The notes beneath the pieces are model-generated. The model searched no databases. It was not told where the DNA came from and saw nothing but the letters and a program-made list of their open reading frames with translations. A stretch of DNA of 64,000 bases from Phoronis australis (lineage: Eukaryota > Animalia > Phoronida): the NCBI GenBank assembly GCA_002633005.1, contig NMRA01000377.1:119546-183545 (forward strand). The letters are read 5' to 3'. Every line of letters starts with the position of its first letter. The first letter of the stretch is position 1. Of the stretch, positions 1-12,857 are shown in pieces. Both the position numbers and the translations under genes were made by a program.

Positions 1-949
1 GATAACATTGAGTGCAACGACGGCCTCAGAGACCGCGGTTTAGCAATGTGAATTATGATACCAGTAACAAATTATTGTAACGGGTCATCGATTAACTTCA
101 AAATGTAATACTTGAACACTTTGTCACTTTCTTTTCTTCTCATGTTCGCAAACTTTAGGAACCGCGCTGGCGTCTACACCTCCACTTTCAGCCACAATCT
201 CTGCCGCACTGAGTTATCGACTACAGTGCACTATATAAAAGATGCATTCGAAATAACCAGGTCAGAGAAATGTGACATTGGTTTTGCCAACCCTCTCAAT
301 GCGCTTTAGGTTGTAAGCTCTCGGGATTTTGAAGAATTCCCATAAACCGCGAAAAGTTGATAAATTCTTTATATTTTGGTGAGTGTAATTGCCGGGTTAT
401 CGAGATCCCCGTCTTTCGAGTACTCTCGTCACAGTGCATGGCAACTGAATAGTTGAACCCGATTTCGTGATTGATTATACATTTTTATGCTTTTTGACCA
501 TTCAGACCAGGAGTACATTCTGTTATCTCGAAATAATTTTGAACTGAAATTCGGAACTGCTGGTAGTCCTTGTCTACGTGACCGTCAGTTAAGTTGTTTA
601 TTATGGGAGTGCACTGATCAAACAGGAAAAATGGGTCAGCACGTGACCACAACTGGGTTAAAACGACAGCACAGCTACCGTCTGCTACGCAGGTGAACAT
701 GTTCAACGTCTGCGAAGTATAGTGAAATAATGAGCATAATTTGCAATAATCGGTCTCACCTGAGGCGCCATATTATGTAGCAAACTTTCTATGCAAGCGT
801 TCGGAGTTTGACCACACTCTACATTTTCGAAACTATTTGTTAATTAGAGTGCGCAGAGTACGCACTTGGTGGCGATAAAGTTCTTTTCAAAGTGCTAGGC
901 GATCCCAGTATATGGCCTAGTACGTGTGGTGACTCAGATCATAAGGTAA

Positions 950-1124
950 GATTAACCGCCCAGGGCGGTTGCCTGTCGTAATAAGCGCCCATGTTCAGTT
1001 AACCGCCCCCCCCGATTTCTTGAAATTTCACGTTTAAGCGCCCATGTCTGGTTAACCGCCCACCCCCGATTTTTTGGGTTCGCCAATTTAACCGCCCAGG
1101 GCGTTAACCCGAACGATTACGGTA
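950..1124. mobile_element. Right end of a non-autonomous DNA transposon (MITE), Tc1/mariner-pogo-like terminus
   Basis: Clustered subterminal repeats (TTAACCGCCC x4, TAAGCGCCCATGT x2) end in ...CGAACGATTACGG-TA, a TACGGTA-type terminus with a TA dinucleotide. The left end was not found in the window. Confidence 0.45.
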
Positions 1125-2388
1125 TATTTATTGGAGTACCACTAGACACTTGACCCGCGCCCTCTGCCGAGCTCCGTGACCGTTAGACCCCGAAACTTCC
1201 GACAACACGGGTATTTCTGCTCGTCACCTCGTCGTGAAACCATCATACGACCGTCGAGGTGCATGCAAACTTCTGGGAATGGGATGCTCATCTTGACCTT
1301 AATTTACGGGCATTTAAGTGAAAAAAAAACGATCTAATTAATTAAACGTCATTTTCCTTGCGTGATTCTCAGCCGTTGTGTAAAAAACTAAAGAAGACGG
1401 TTTTGAAAGCAGGCTACGCTCCGGCATGAGACGGTCTCACGCGCACGCACCAATTCTTTGCGACGGAGACTCGAGAATGATAGCTTCTTCGCAGCAGCAA
1501 ATTTTGTTCGGCCCGGGTTTGCTCAGTACGGTGTGAAATACTAACATCTTGATGTCGGAAACCAGTCCCGAATGATGTACCGCGTACTAATAAAGGCTCC
1601 GTCGTAGAACTTCAGAGATCGAAGATCAGTTGATTGCCGAATAATCGGTGAACTGAGGAAAACTGTCAAGGCCAAGAGGCAATATTTCATGGCACCGAAA
1701 GCTAACGCAAAAGATCGGCTCCACAATAATTTTAGCAGAAGAATAACCGTCGCCTTAGTACTCTTATTTTTCCACTGGCGGAGAAGGGTGCAGGCTCAGG
1801 CTGGCTGGCCGGCCTATAGCCCTCCCACTTATTGCAGTGCTGCGCCGCACACATCATTAAATGTCGTGATGGCCCGTCCTGCTGAGTTGGCAGCCATATT
1901 CCATGATTATGCGTAAACTGGTGAAGTGCGACTGACACGGCCTGTTGATGACCCGCCGTAAGTAAAACTGACTGTATTTACAGGAGTCGCTAGTGAATAG
2001 TGACTTTACGGCCAATGAGATAACTATAGCCTGTAGCTCCTTGGTTACGGTTCATGCGCAAGATGATTTCGTGTATTGAAAATATACGGAGTTGGCGGTC
2101 CATGTACCGGGATTTTCCATAGATAAGCCCATGGGCGTCTATTCAGAAAATGAAAATTTTCTGGCATCTTAGTAACACCAAATAAACCTCCGGGCGTTTA
2201 TTCGGAAAAGGGGGGCGTGTAAACGGAAAGTCATAGTTTTAATTAAGAGGTTTCACGAGTTTAACATTTTTCACCTAACATGCGCGCACCTAGCCTTTAA
2301 TACGGGGGGCTCGAATTTCTGACATGTGGAGCATTTGGTAACAAAAAGCGGGAGGACTAAAAAGGGGTTAAAAACGGGGTACCACCTT

Positions 2389-3452
2389 GCAGCATCTCGA
2401 ACTGAGAACCCTTTTTGGAAGGAACTATTTAACTTTCTGTATGATTTTTCTAATATAATAGATCAGGAGGAAATACCATATCAGCCAATTTGGTATAATA
2501 CTAATGTATTGATTGGTGGAAAAACTGTATTTTGGAGAAGATGGTTTGAAAAGGGTGTTTATTATATCTCAGACCTACTAGACGAGCATGGATATTTGTT
2601 ATCTTTTGAAGGTTTTTGCAAAAAGTTCAACTTTAGACCAATATTTTTGAATTTTTATGGGCTCAATGAGGCTGTTCGTCAAAAATGGAAAATCTCAAAA
2701 AGAGACAAGTTTTCCTTCTACGCACCCTCTATCCCAATTTTTGTGAAATTGTTACTTGCAGACAAGAAGGGAACAAAACATATATATAACACTTTGGTGC
2801 TAAACAAATATGCCCGGCCTAGGTCTGAGATGAAGTGGCAGGCAGAACTTGCAATACCTGACACTACAGAATGGTGGAAATTTGCCTACTTTCTGAATTT
2901 TACACTTGACGTGAAACTTCGTTGGTTTCAATTTAGACTGTCACATAGGATAATTAGCTGTAACTCTTACCTTGTCAAAATTGGGGTAACCAACTCCCCC
3001 TTGTGTACGTTTTGTAAGACTGAACCTGAGACTTTGCTTCACTTATACTGGCAATGTGATGTTGTTCAAAANNNNNNNNNNNNNNNNNNNNNNNNNNNNN
3101 NNNNNNNNNNNNNNNNNNNNNNNNNNNNNNNNNNNNNNNNNNNNNNNNNNNNNNNNNNNNNNNNNNNNNNNNNNNNNNNNNNNNNNNNNNNNNNNNNNNN
3201 NNNNNNNNNNNNNNNNNNNNNNNNNNNNNNNNNNNNNNNNNNNNNNNNNNNNNNNNNNNNNNNNNNNNNNNNNNNNNNNNNNNNNNNNNNNNNNNNNNNN
3301 NNNNNNNNNNNNNNNNNNNNNNNNNNNNNNNNNNNNNNNNNNNNNNNNNNNNNNNNNNNNNNNNNNNNNNNNNNNNNNNNNNNNNNNNNNNNNNNNNNNN
3401 NNNNNNNNNNNNNNNNNNNNNNNNNNNNNNNNNNNNNNNNNNNAAAAAAAAA
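2389..3452 (+). mobile_element. 5'-truncated L1/Tx1-clade non-LTR retrotransposon (C-terminal ORF2 with zf-RVT-type region), spans assembly gap
   Basis: ORF motifs PIWYN..I, W..KGV..I.DL, KLRWFQFRLSHRII..N.YL.KIG and CTFC..EPETLLHLYWQC. A poly-A run at 3444-3452 and an identical 25-bp flank GGGGTTAAAAACGGGGTACCACCTT at 2364-2388 and 3453-3477 (TSD). Confidence 0.85.
3072..3443. other. Assembly gap (372 N)
   Basis: Run of N characters. Confidence 1.
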
Positions 3453-5377
3453 GGGGTTAAAAACGGGGTACCACCTTCACAGCTGTGAATTGTGCGTTTG
3501 CACCTTTGTTTAGTGGACATTTGTCTCGTTTTCTCGTACTTCTTGTTTCACTGAGGCGGACCGTTTTGCCCACTTCGTCCAATGTGGGGCTCATTTTTTA
3601 ACTCTAAAAACCAAAAATGCGTAAAATAACAAGGTGCAATAGTAATACGAAAGAAAATGAACTAGGGTTGACTAGTTGAACCAACAGAGAAGTAATACTC
3701 ATAATTCAAGATTTGTACCCTATCACGACGGAGATTTTGGAACATGATTTTCCCCTCACTGAGGAGAATTTAGTCAGGCATTCATCCAAAATTGATTTTT
3801 ATATATCATAATTAACTGGACGTTCGATGCTATTACATTCTTCAGTAAACATTCAGTGTGAAGTGACATTTACAACTCGTTGTCAACTAATTACGCCGAT
3901 TATCTGTCCCTTATTTGTCGATAAATGATAGACAGAAAATGGACAATAATCTATTTTGTAGCTTTGAAATGTACTATCGGGATAGCTCATTAAAGTTGCA
4001 GTGTGGGGCTTTCCATGGAAATAAACTATAGTTTCTTGAGGACCTAAGAGTTAGTGATCTTGTTACATGTAGAGTATCTGTAGACAAGAGACATTGGAAC
4101 ACGTTTTACGATTGATGTGTTACTAAATTAAGTGGACTCTTTGAAAATAAAAATATTCAAAACAAAGGGACTATGATTTTTGAATACCTGTTACACAGTT
4201 GTCACAGTCAATATTTAAGAACGAAAAAACGATACATTGGAATGAAATTAAAAGTGGGACTTCCACATAAAGAGCGAGTCACCAGTGTCCAAGCCAAAAT
4301 TCAAGGGCGAAATGTTTGCCACAACACACAAAAACGTCAGCGTTAACTGATTGTCGAACGGTATGCATAATACCAAAAGTGCAAAAATGTGGTTTTTAGG
4401 CGACTGAGCAATTGCAGGTACCACAAAAACGCCCTGCTTTTTCCTTTAAATCCAACAAGAAAATATGGCTATGCCACATTGACTAGTACGACGTGATATC
4501 TGTCAAAATCACAGTTTGACGGTGTGGCAGGGAAAAATTCAAAATGTGGCAGATCTCTTTGAGTGAGACAATTGGCAACATGAAGAACAATGTATGCTGC
4601 CAACAACACAAAGTACTTAATTCTTTTACAAAATAAATTTTTCATTTCTTAAAAATTTATTGCACAGCAACAGGCAAATACTACAGATAACAATAGAAAT
4701 CACGTTAAAGGAAAATGGCCGCGGCAACAGGTAAACATTGCACTATAATACAAATAACTAAAACAGTAAAATTATACAAACCCGCACACGGACACGTTAT
4801 GTTTAAGAATGGCCAAAGCTTTTCTTTGTAACATGCTATAACATAATTTTAACACCCAAAAATGTCCCGACATGCATTTCGATAAGCTGTCGAGCAGAAA
4901 ACATACGAGACGCCTGGCTATTCCCAGCATCCAGACAGGACCACAGGTATGTGTGCATAATGAATGGCTAGTGCAATTGTTGGGTTAGTGGACCAATTTG
5001 TAAAAAAATCGATGTCACCATACCACAAGAGATATGCAGGCTTGATGAACAAAAACGAAAAATAATGAAATTCGCCTTCCTTAATTTGATAACTCCAACA
5101 GGCTATCAAAACCTAGTCAAACAGATGGATAGAAATTCTTGGGGTTACAGTGCCACGGAACAAGCAAAGATCTGAGCTTATAAGACTTTCCACATTGAGT
5201 ACACATACAGTATGTTTCTATTTTCTTTCACCAGAGTAGTTTGCGTGTGAGACAGAAGTTTACTGATTGTTAAAAAAGACTTTTCAAATTCGGTTCATCA
5301 GCATGGTGCCTCATGAGTGTCTATGCAACTGTGTGCGATGAATAAGAGAACTCTTTTTTGCAAAAACATTCCACATA

Positions 5378-8300
5378 TCATACATTTGTTTTCCCACCAG
5401 TATGTGTTCTTGTGTGACGACCAAGGCCACTTTTTGACCCAAAACACCTTCCGCAGACAGTACACTTGTATGCTTCCTGTCCAGTGTGTGTTCTTGTATG
5501 ACGAACAAACCCCCCGTTTGTTAAATAACACTTTCCGCAAGCAGTACACTTGTATGATGTCTGCCCAGTGTGTTTATATGTATGACGAACAAGGCCACTG
5601 TTTGATGCAAAACACTTTCCACAGACAGTACACTTGTATGATATCTTTCGAGTGTGTAGTCTTTCATGGCGAACAAGCACCCTGAATGATACAAAACAAT
5701 TCCCACACACAGAACATGTGTATAGCATCTCACCAGCATGCCGTTTTGTGTGATAAAGAAGTGAACGCTTTTCCTTAAAAGACTTGCCACACTCAGCACA
5801 TTTGTATGGTTTCTCACCGGTGTGTGTTCTTGTGTGACGAACAAGACAATAATTTTTTGGAAAACACTTTCCACATACCGTACATTGGTATGTTTTCTTA
5901 CCAGCATGTGTTCTTGTGTGATGAACAAGGCTAGAATTCGTTTTAAAAAACTTTTCACATATGGTACATTTGTATATTCTCTCAATAGTATGTGTTCTTG
6001 TGTGACGAACAAGAAAAGAATTCCTAGCAAAACACTTTCCACATGTGGCACATTTGTATGTTCTCCTACCAGTATGTGTTCTTGTGCGTTGAACAAGGGT
6101 ACTATTTCTTACAAAACACTTTCCACACAAAGCACATTTGTAAGGGGACTCTCCAGTGTGTGTTCTTACATGACAATAAAGGCTATGGCTTGTTACATAA
6201 CACTTTCCGCACACAATACATTTGAATGGTTTTTCACGAGTGTGCCGTTTTGCATGATGAATAAGCGAATTTCTGCGCTTAAAAGACTTTCCGCACACAG
6301 TACATTTGTGTGAAGTTTCCTCAGAGTGTATTCTCAACATGTGACAATCACGACAGCTGCTTGTACCAAAGAACTTTCCACACAAAGCACATTTATATAT
6401 TTTTTTGCCAGAGCTGCTTTGTGCGTGACGAAGAAATTCACTGGTTGTTATAAAAGACTTTCCACACTCAATACATGTGAATGGTGTCTCTTCAGTGCCT
6501 CGTTTTAACAGACTAACAAGAGAACTGGTTGTTGGGAAAAGTAGTTCACGCACAGTAAGCATGGGTGTTGACTCAGCTGTATGTATTCCGGTGCCACTAA
6601 AAATAGACCCCTTTTCAACTACAGACTTTTGACTTACAGTATAGTCAAATTGCTTCTCAACAGGCAAAAAATTGTTATTATCAGGAGTCACGTGTTGTTT
6701 GGAAGATTGTTCACTCAAATAGTTGTATGGTTTCTTTCCCTCAGGAATTGACTCACGCGTCACCATAGATTCGTCAACACTGTAATCATTACATTCTAGT
6801 TTAAACTCAGTCGGTGTAAGCAAATTGTTTCCCACAGGACACCCAACTTTTTGACAATCAGTCTGGTCTTCATTCAACTCTTGCTTGATAGAACTAACTT
6901 CCCCACTCCACCCACCTGAACTGCCAATAACATTACCCCTGTCACATTCTAAACCAAAATTCATATTTAGGATCTCTGCATGATGCCCCTCACACTCAGT
7001 TACAGTTAAATCTCTGTCTTTCTGGTCAGTGGCACATTCTTGTTTGATTGTTGGCCCATCACAGGTTTTCCCGTCCATGACAATAACTGAAATAGGAAAG
7101 TACACAGTTTTCACCCTGGATGTGAAAGCCACATAGTAATAGCTTGTTTCACATGAAACAAACCGGGTGTTAAGGTTTTCTTGGCACTTTATGCATTCTT
7201 GAGGAATATCACTGCACATATTTTAGACCCCAAAAACCACAACTGACCATTCAAAAACCCAAGAAATTAAAGCCAGCTATTACAGTCCATGGCTTCATTG
7301 CAAAGTAGTTCCCAACATGGCTGATCAGCTAATTGTAGTGCATCACTAACTCGCAATAGAAGTTGAACAAGAGATTTTTTTAAAACAAGAGCAACTTATT
7401 ACCTTGAAAATGACAGAATTACTGCGGTTCAGTGAAAATGTCTCTCTTTCAGAGAATTTTTATTTTTATTTAAAAACCTGACAATGTGAGTTAATGTGAA
7501 TTGTTCCTTTTTTCCCAAGTAAGGACAATGTTTTCACAATCATATGTTGCACACTATATGATAAAAAATGATGATGTGCATTTTCAATTAAACAAAAATA
7601 AATCTGACCCTGAAAATTCAACGAATTTTGAATCAATTTCATTCCTATCAAATAATATAGAAACTGATAATTATTGTGTTGGTGACTATCCAAAAAGAGC
7701 ATATTTGTATTCTACAATGTTTTCATGTACTGCAGCATTGATTGAACATCTATTTTAATGAAAAATGTAATTTTCTAAAAACGAAACTGATCACATCGCC
7801 ACCACGAGGTAGAAAAGGTGCAACAAAAAATATTTTTGAATAAAATAGAAAAAAATTACTCTATCCCAAAAACTGAAGTTAAATTGAATTTTAAAAATAT
7901 TTTATACTATTTTAAAGAAAACATTTCACCAGCTTGGTCCACTTTTCGTAATTGAGAGAAGTTTTGACTGGTTTTGTTAAATACATTTGACCAATCAGGT
8001 TCAAGTTTAGTTTGAACCCTAGAAAGGTCAATATGGTTCTTGAAAAATGACGGAAGTTACCTTTTTAGAAGTGTTCCTAAATGGAAATGATGAGATAAAG
8101 TGAAAAAAATTGATGAGGAATGGATTAGGACATGATTTATGATTATGACATTGAGTGTACATTTTCAGGATTTTTCAACGTGACTGAGTGACAAGGTAGA
8201 AAAATTAAAAAAGTATATTTTCTCATATTTTTGTCAAAAAAATAAAAAAGTGTACACTCAGGATTGAAAGCAGATTTTTTAGCAAACAGTTTGATATCAA

Positions 8301-8840
8301 TATCATTAAAATCAGTTCAGTAACGGCCATTTAGCAGCTGAAAGTTTGACCTCTACTGTAAGTCACAAAAATTTACCGATAGGTGAAAAACGAGTGAAGT
8401 GCTCGCTTTAGTTTAATTTTTAAAAATACTCATTAATGCTCATTCTTTGCACTGGATATCAGTAAAAAGAAGACAAATTAGATATAATTGCACTGGTATA
8501 CTTTTCATTTTCCACCCCTTAGTATGCTAATAGATACGAGCTTGTGAAAATCATGAAAAATGGCAAAATTTTGCTCTTGCTGAATTTCTGCGATATTGGT
8601 TTGCTCACCAGTTGCAGAGACATCCTCAGCTTCTGATCGCATCCCCAATACACTACATATAATTCTACAAGGTATGACACTCAGGACTAGAAATTCCATG
8701 GGTGCTTTGATGTCAGCCATCCATATCAAACACAAAACTCAATAAATTTACGCAAAACAGGAGTTCAACAAACCATGAGCAATTGTTCTTTATATAGTCC
8801 GGTTACCTATTTTCGTCAGGCTCCAAAGTTCGTCCGCCAT
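5378..8840 (-). CDS. C2H2 zinc-finger protein, paralog A (about 13 fingers, 2 degenerate); main exon 5378-7086, probable first coding exon 8807-8840
   Basis: Tandem CxxC-x12-HxxxH fingers with HTGEKPY-like linkers. Acceptor TTTCAG at 7087-7092. The upstream exon ATG GCG GAC...ATA G|GTAACC joins in frame (MADELWSLTKI-V-IVMDGKTC). The exon 1 assignment is inferred. Confidence 0.85.
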
Positions 8841-8846
8841 CTTGTT
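8833..8846 (-). promoter_or_regulatory. YY1-type motif (CAAGATGGCGG) overlapping the putative start codon of ZNF paralog A
   Basis: Minus strand reads AACAAGATGGCGGAC in a locally CpG-rich stretch, followed 34 nt later by a GT donor. This matches the AAGATGGCG motif common near metazoan transcription and translation starts. Confidence 0.55.
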
Positions 8847-11800
8847 TCGCGTGCAGCGCAACCACGCGGGACTTAGCGTTCCAATTTGGAGTGCTCGTGT
8901 GCACGTTAGGTACTAACTTATCGGAAGAGACACGTATCAAAGTAATGAGACAAAAATCGGTGAGTTTACCGATTGTTTTTTCAAACCACTTAAAAATCAG
9001 TAGATTTTATTAATACACTTTTTTGTGCGTTTTCAGAAGATGTTTTAGAATTTAAATTTTCTTCCGACGGGACACAAAACATGATCCAGGGTTTGTTTAT
9101 GCAATGTATCTGTTTGTCCCAGGCACTAGTAGGATCTAGAAGGCCAAAGGAAAAATCCGCAGACAAATGCGATACGCTGGGTTCTTAACATTTTTGCCTC
9201 ACGCATTCACCATTAAACTGCATTGAAATGTTGTCCAATTGGCTTTTATTGGAAACCACAGTGCAGAGCTCAACATCAAAGCTTCAAATCGAGTTTATGT
9301 CAATAAAAACAGGCTGTTGCAATTTTCANCTCCGCATTTTGCAAGTAAAACCTGCCGTCGTTTTCCAGGTCTGATTCGCACGGGTTCAGTCACTAGGCGT
9401 CTCTTACCTGCTCATTCACGAGCTTGTGAGTGAATGTTCGTCCGTGCTATATCGGTAGATAAGCCGTGTTTATAGTTGTTTCATTTTCCGAGCCGGGATT
9501 CGTAGGTGAGAACTGGTTTTTTTCAACCAAATTTCCCGATCTCTGTCTTCGTTACGCGGTGGTGTTTTTGCTGTGTATGTTTTCTCTGTAGCCTTTGAAG
9601 CAAATGCGCAAAGGCAATAACTGCAGGATTTAAAATGTGTTCCCGGATAATGGTAGACAACATTAAAAATGACATGATGCACGAAAAAGGCTTTGAGTTG
9701 ATGCAAAGTAGTCAGTCCGCTAGCTGCATAAAGATTAGTCTATTGTCCAAGTTTCGAACCCGCTCAGCGTCAAATACAGCTAGGTACCACTTAGACACTT
9801 GACCGGCGTCTCGGCAGTGTGTTGAGCACCGTGACTGGTGACCCGTAACTTCACACCCCGGGTATTTCTGCTAGTCGTCACCTCGTCGCGTAAAACCCAC
9901 ATACGACCGTCGAGGAGCATGCAAACTTCTGGGGCTGGAATGCTCAACTTTACCTTAATTTACGGGCATTTAAGTGAAAAAAACGATCTAATTAACTGAG
10001 ATTGAACGTCATTTTCCTTGCGTGATTCTCAGCCTTTTGTAAAAAAAGAACTGCCGTTTTGAAATTTGAGTACGCTCCAACACCGACGCCGCTCGCGCGC
10101 ACGCACCACTTCTTTGCAACGGCAGACTCGGGGATGATAGCATCTTCGCAGCAGCAAATTTTGTTCGTCCTGGGTTTCCTCAGTACGGTGTGAAATACTA
10201 ACCACTTGATGAAACTAGTCCCGATACTCACTAAAGGCTCGTGGAACGTTCAGATCGAAGATCAGTTGATTGCCGAATAATCGGTGAAGGGAAACTGTCA
10301 TGGCCAAGACGCAATATTTCATGGCACCGAAAGCCAACGCAAAAGATCGCTTCACAATAATTTTAGCAGAAGCAGATAACGTTCGGGTAGTACGCTAGAA
10401 TTTTTCCAAAACCGATAAATTATTTAGTTCACTGAAGGGTGCATTAGCCATTATTTTACCCACATCGGCGCAAAGCTGAACATTTACAAACCTGCATGTA
10501 TACTAAACATTGAATAACAAGGGTGGAATCTCAGAGCGCTTTCTTTAATCTCTCTACAACTGTTTTTCATTAGTAGTTTTGAGCGACCTGGGCCCGGATT
10601 ATAATTCTTGTACTCGGGTCCGGAACTTGAAATAATTTTATCGCAGCATTCAGAGGACTGGACTTCATCCAGAGACTGCACAGACGACTTTGCTTGATCC
10701 ATTCATTGACGGACACTATGACGCGGCAGTCAATTCTAAACTCAAAAGGAATTTTTATGGAGCTGTCACTGTCAAAACAATAAAGTACATGACGGCGTTC
10801 TGTCGTTCAGAGACGTGAGGGGTTCTGAACGTGCGATAACATCTGGCTCCAGTGTTAGCTGCCGAACACAGGCTTTCGTCCCGTAAGACAACAAGCAGGC
10901 CTATTATCTCCCAGGCTTCAATTAGGATTACTGAAACCTGGCAGAATGGATTGTCTCAACTTCTGTTGTAGTTGGGCGATTTTGGTGACTCAAGAACTAA
11001 ACATGATCAGTATTTGACAATTAAGGAATTCAGAAATGCTATTGGCTTATGTTCAAATTTGTTATAACTTAACTTTCATTTTTAGCAGCACAGCCCAGTC
11101 AGTCTAGATACTATCTGATCGGAGATTAGAGCAATCGAACAAAAGAGAGCCAGCCCTCCAACCCTAAATGCCAGAATGGAGTCGTGTAAGATATTTGCTA
11201 CAGGGGCAAAGATACTATATCCCATGTAACTATAAAATCTTTGACAGGGGTGATCTTCCATCCCAACTTGTTGTATGGGCGTTTACTTGGCATAATTTTC
11301 CGAATAAATACCCATGGGCGTTTCATCAGGTAGGCTTATCTACCGCAAACAAAATGATAGATAGAAAATGGACTAACATCTATGGTGTAGCTTTGAAGTG
11401 TACTGTGGATAGCTCATTACATTAGTTACAGTGTGGGAGTTTCCATGGAAATAAACCATAGTTTCTTCAGAAAGTAAGTTATGTGATCTTGGTACTTGTA
11501 GAGTATCTTTAAACAAGAAACATTGGAGCACATTTAACTATAATTGTTATTTTATTAAGAACGAAAAAACGAATCAATTAGATTGAAATTAAAGGTGGGA
11601 CTTCCAGATAAAAAACGACACACCTGTGTCTATGCCAAAACGCAAGGGTGAAATGTTTGCCACAACACACAAAAACGTCCAAGCTGCGTTACCCGTCGAG
11701 CGGTGCGCATAACCCACAAAAGTACCCGACAGCATTTTTTTGGCGACTGAGCAATTGCAGGTACCCAAAAACGTCCTGTTTTTTCTTTTTAGACGAACAA

Positions 11801-11998
11801 TAGAACATGGCTATGTCATGTGGAAAATTAGAGTGTCAAAATTATGTGTCAAAATCAAAAAGTGGCACAGTCTGACTGTGTGGCGGGAAAAAATTAAAAA
11901 ATGACAGTTCTCGAGCGGGGCAATTTGCAAGTACAATGTATGCTGTCAACGGCACAAAGTACTTAATTCTTTTAATATGGTAAACTTTTCATTTCTTT

Positions 11999-12074
11999 AA
12001 AATTTATTCATGGCAACAGGTAAAAAAATTTATTCATGGCAACAGGTAAAAAAATTTATTGATGGCAACAGGTA
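11999..12074. repeat. Minisatellite, ~27-28 bp x3
   Basis: AAAATTTATTCATGGCAACAGGTAAAA repeated three times. Confidence 0.85.
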
Positions 12075-12857
12075 GGCATTGCACTATAATAATACAAGTA
12101 ACTGAAAATAGTAATAATATGGACATTCAGATACACACACGCACACTTGCACGTAGCTACGAAACTACAAGTAAGTTCACAAACGTTATTTGTAAGAATG
12201 GCCAAAGCTTTTCATTGTAACATGCTGTAACATAATTTTAAAACCCAAAATGTCCTGACATATATTCCTGCTGAAAAGATATCAAAGACCAGACTAATCG
12301 GAGCATCCAGCCGGGGTCACAGGTAGGCGCTTATAAAGAATGGCTAGTGGGATCGTCAGGTTTGTGGACTAATTTGTGAAAAAAGCACTAAAAGTCCGGA
12401 ACCATACCACAACAGCCACGTTTCATGAACAAAAATGAAAAATGATACAAAGAATTAGCCTTGACTTGATAACTACAACCATATCAAAACCTAGTCAAGC
12501 AGACAGAGATTTTCGGTGCAAACATTCAGGGCTAGCCTTGGGGTTGCATTCTCAAATAATAGAATACATGGGTCACACGTAGGAGATGGCATTGCAAGGC
12601 TATAGTTCTATGGAACAAGAGCTGATAAGACTTTCCACCGTTCAGAATACTTGTATAGTGTCTCACTAGTATCCCAAAAATCTTTTGACATACATTACAC
12701 TTCTGTTTAGTCTCACCCGAGTAGCTTTGTGTGCAATGCAGAATTTCACTGATTGTTATAAAAGACTTCACATTTGGTTCATGAGCATGGTGCGTCATGA
12801 GTGTGTGCAACCTTGTCATGAACAAGAACACTTTTTGTTGCAAAAACATTCCACATA

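Larger units (their letters stand above)
1135..9782. repeat. Tandem segmental duplication, copy A (contains zinc-finger gene A)
   Basis: Collinear similarity to copy B: 1135-1745 ~ 9783-10375, 3920-5130 ~ 11350-12510, ZNF exon and flank to 7365 ~ 15065, and 9610-9665 ~ 17175-17228. Confidence 0.8.

Noticed and set aside
1958-1983. GTAAGT...CTGAC...TTTACAG micro-intron-like string on the plus strand
   Set aside because: Only about 26 nt, too short for normal splicing, and no supporting flanking exons.
7087-7219. N-terminal 47-aa extension of the 613-aa ORF
   Set aside because: It lies upstream of a splice acceptor conserved in both paralogs and is not open in paralog B, so it is intronic.
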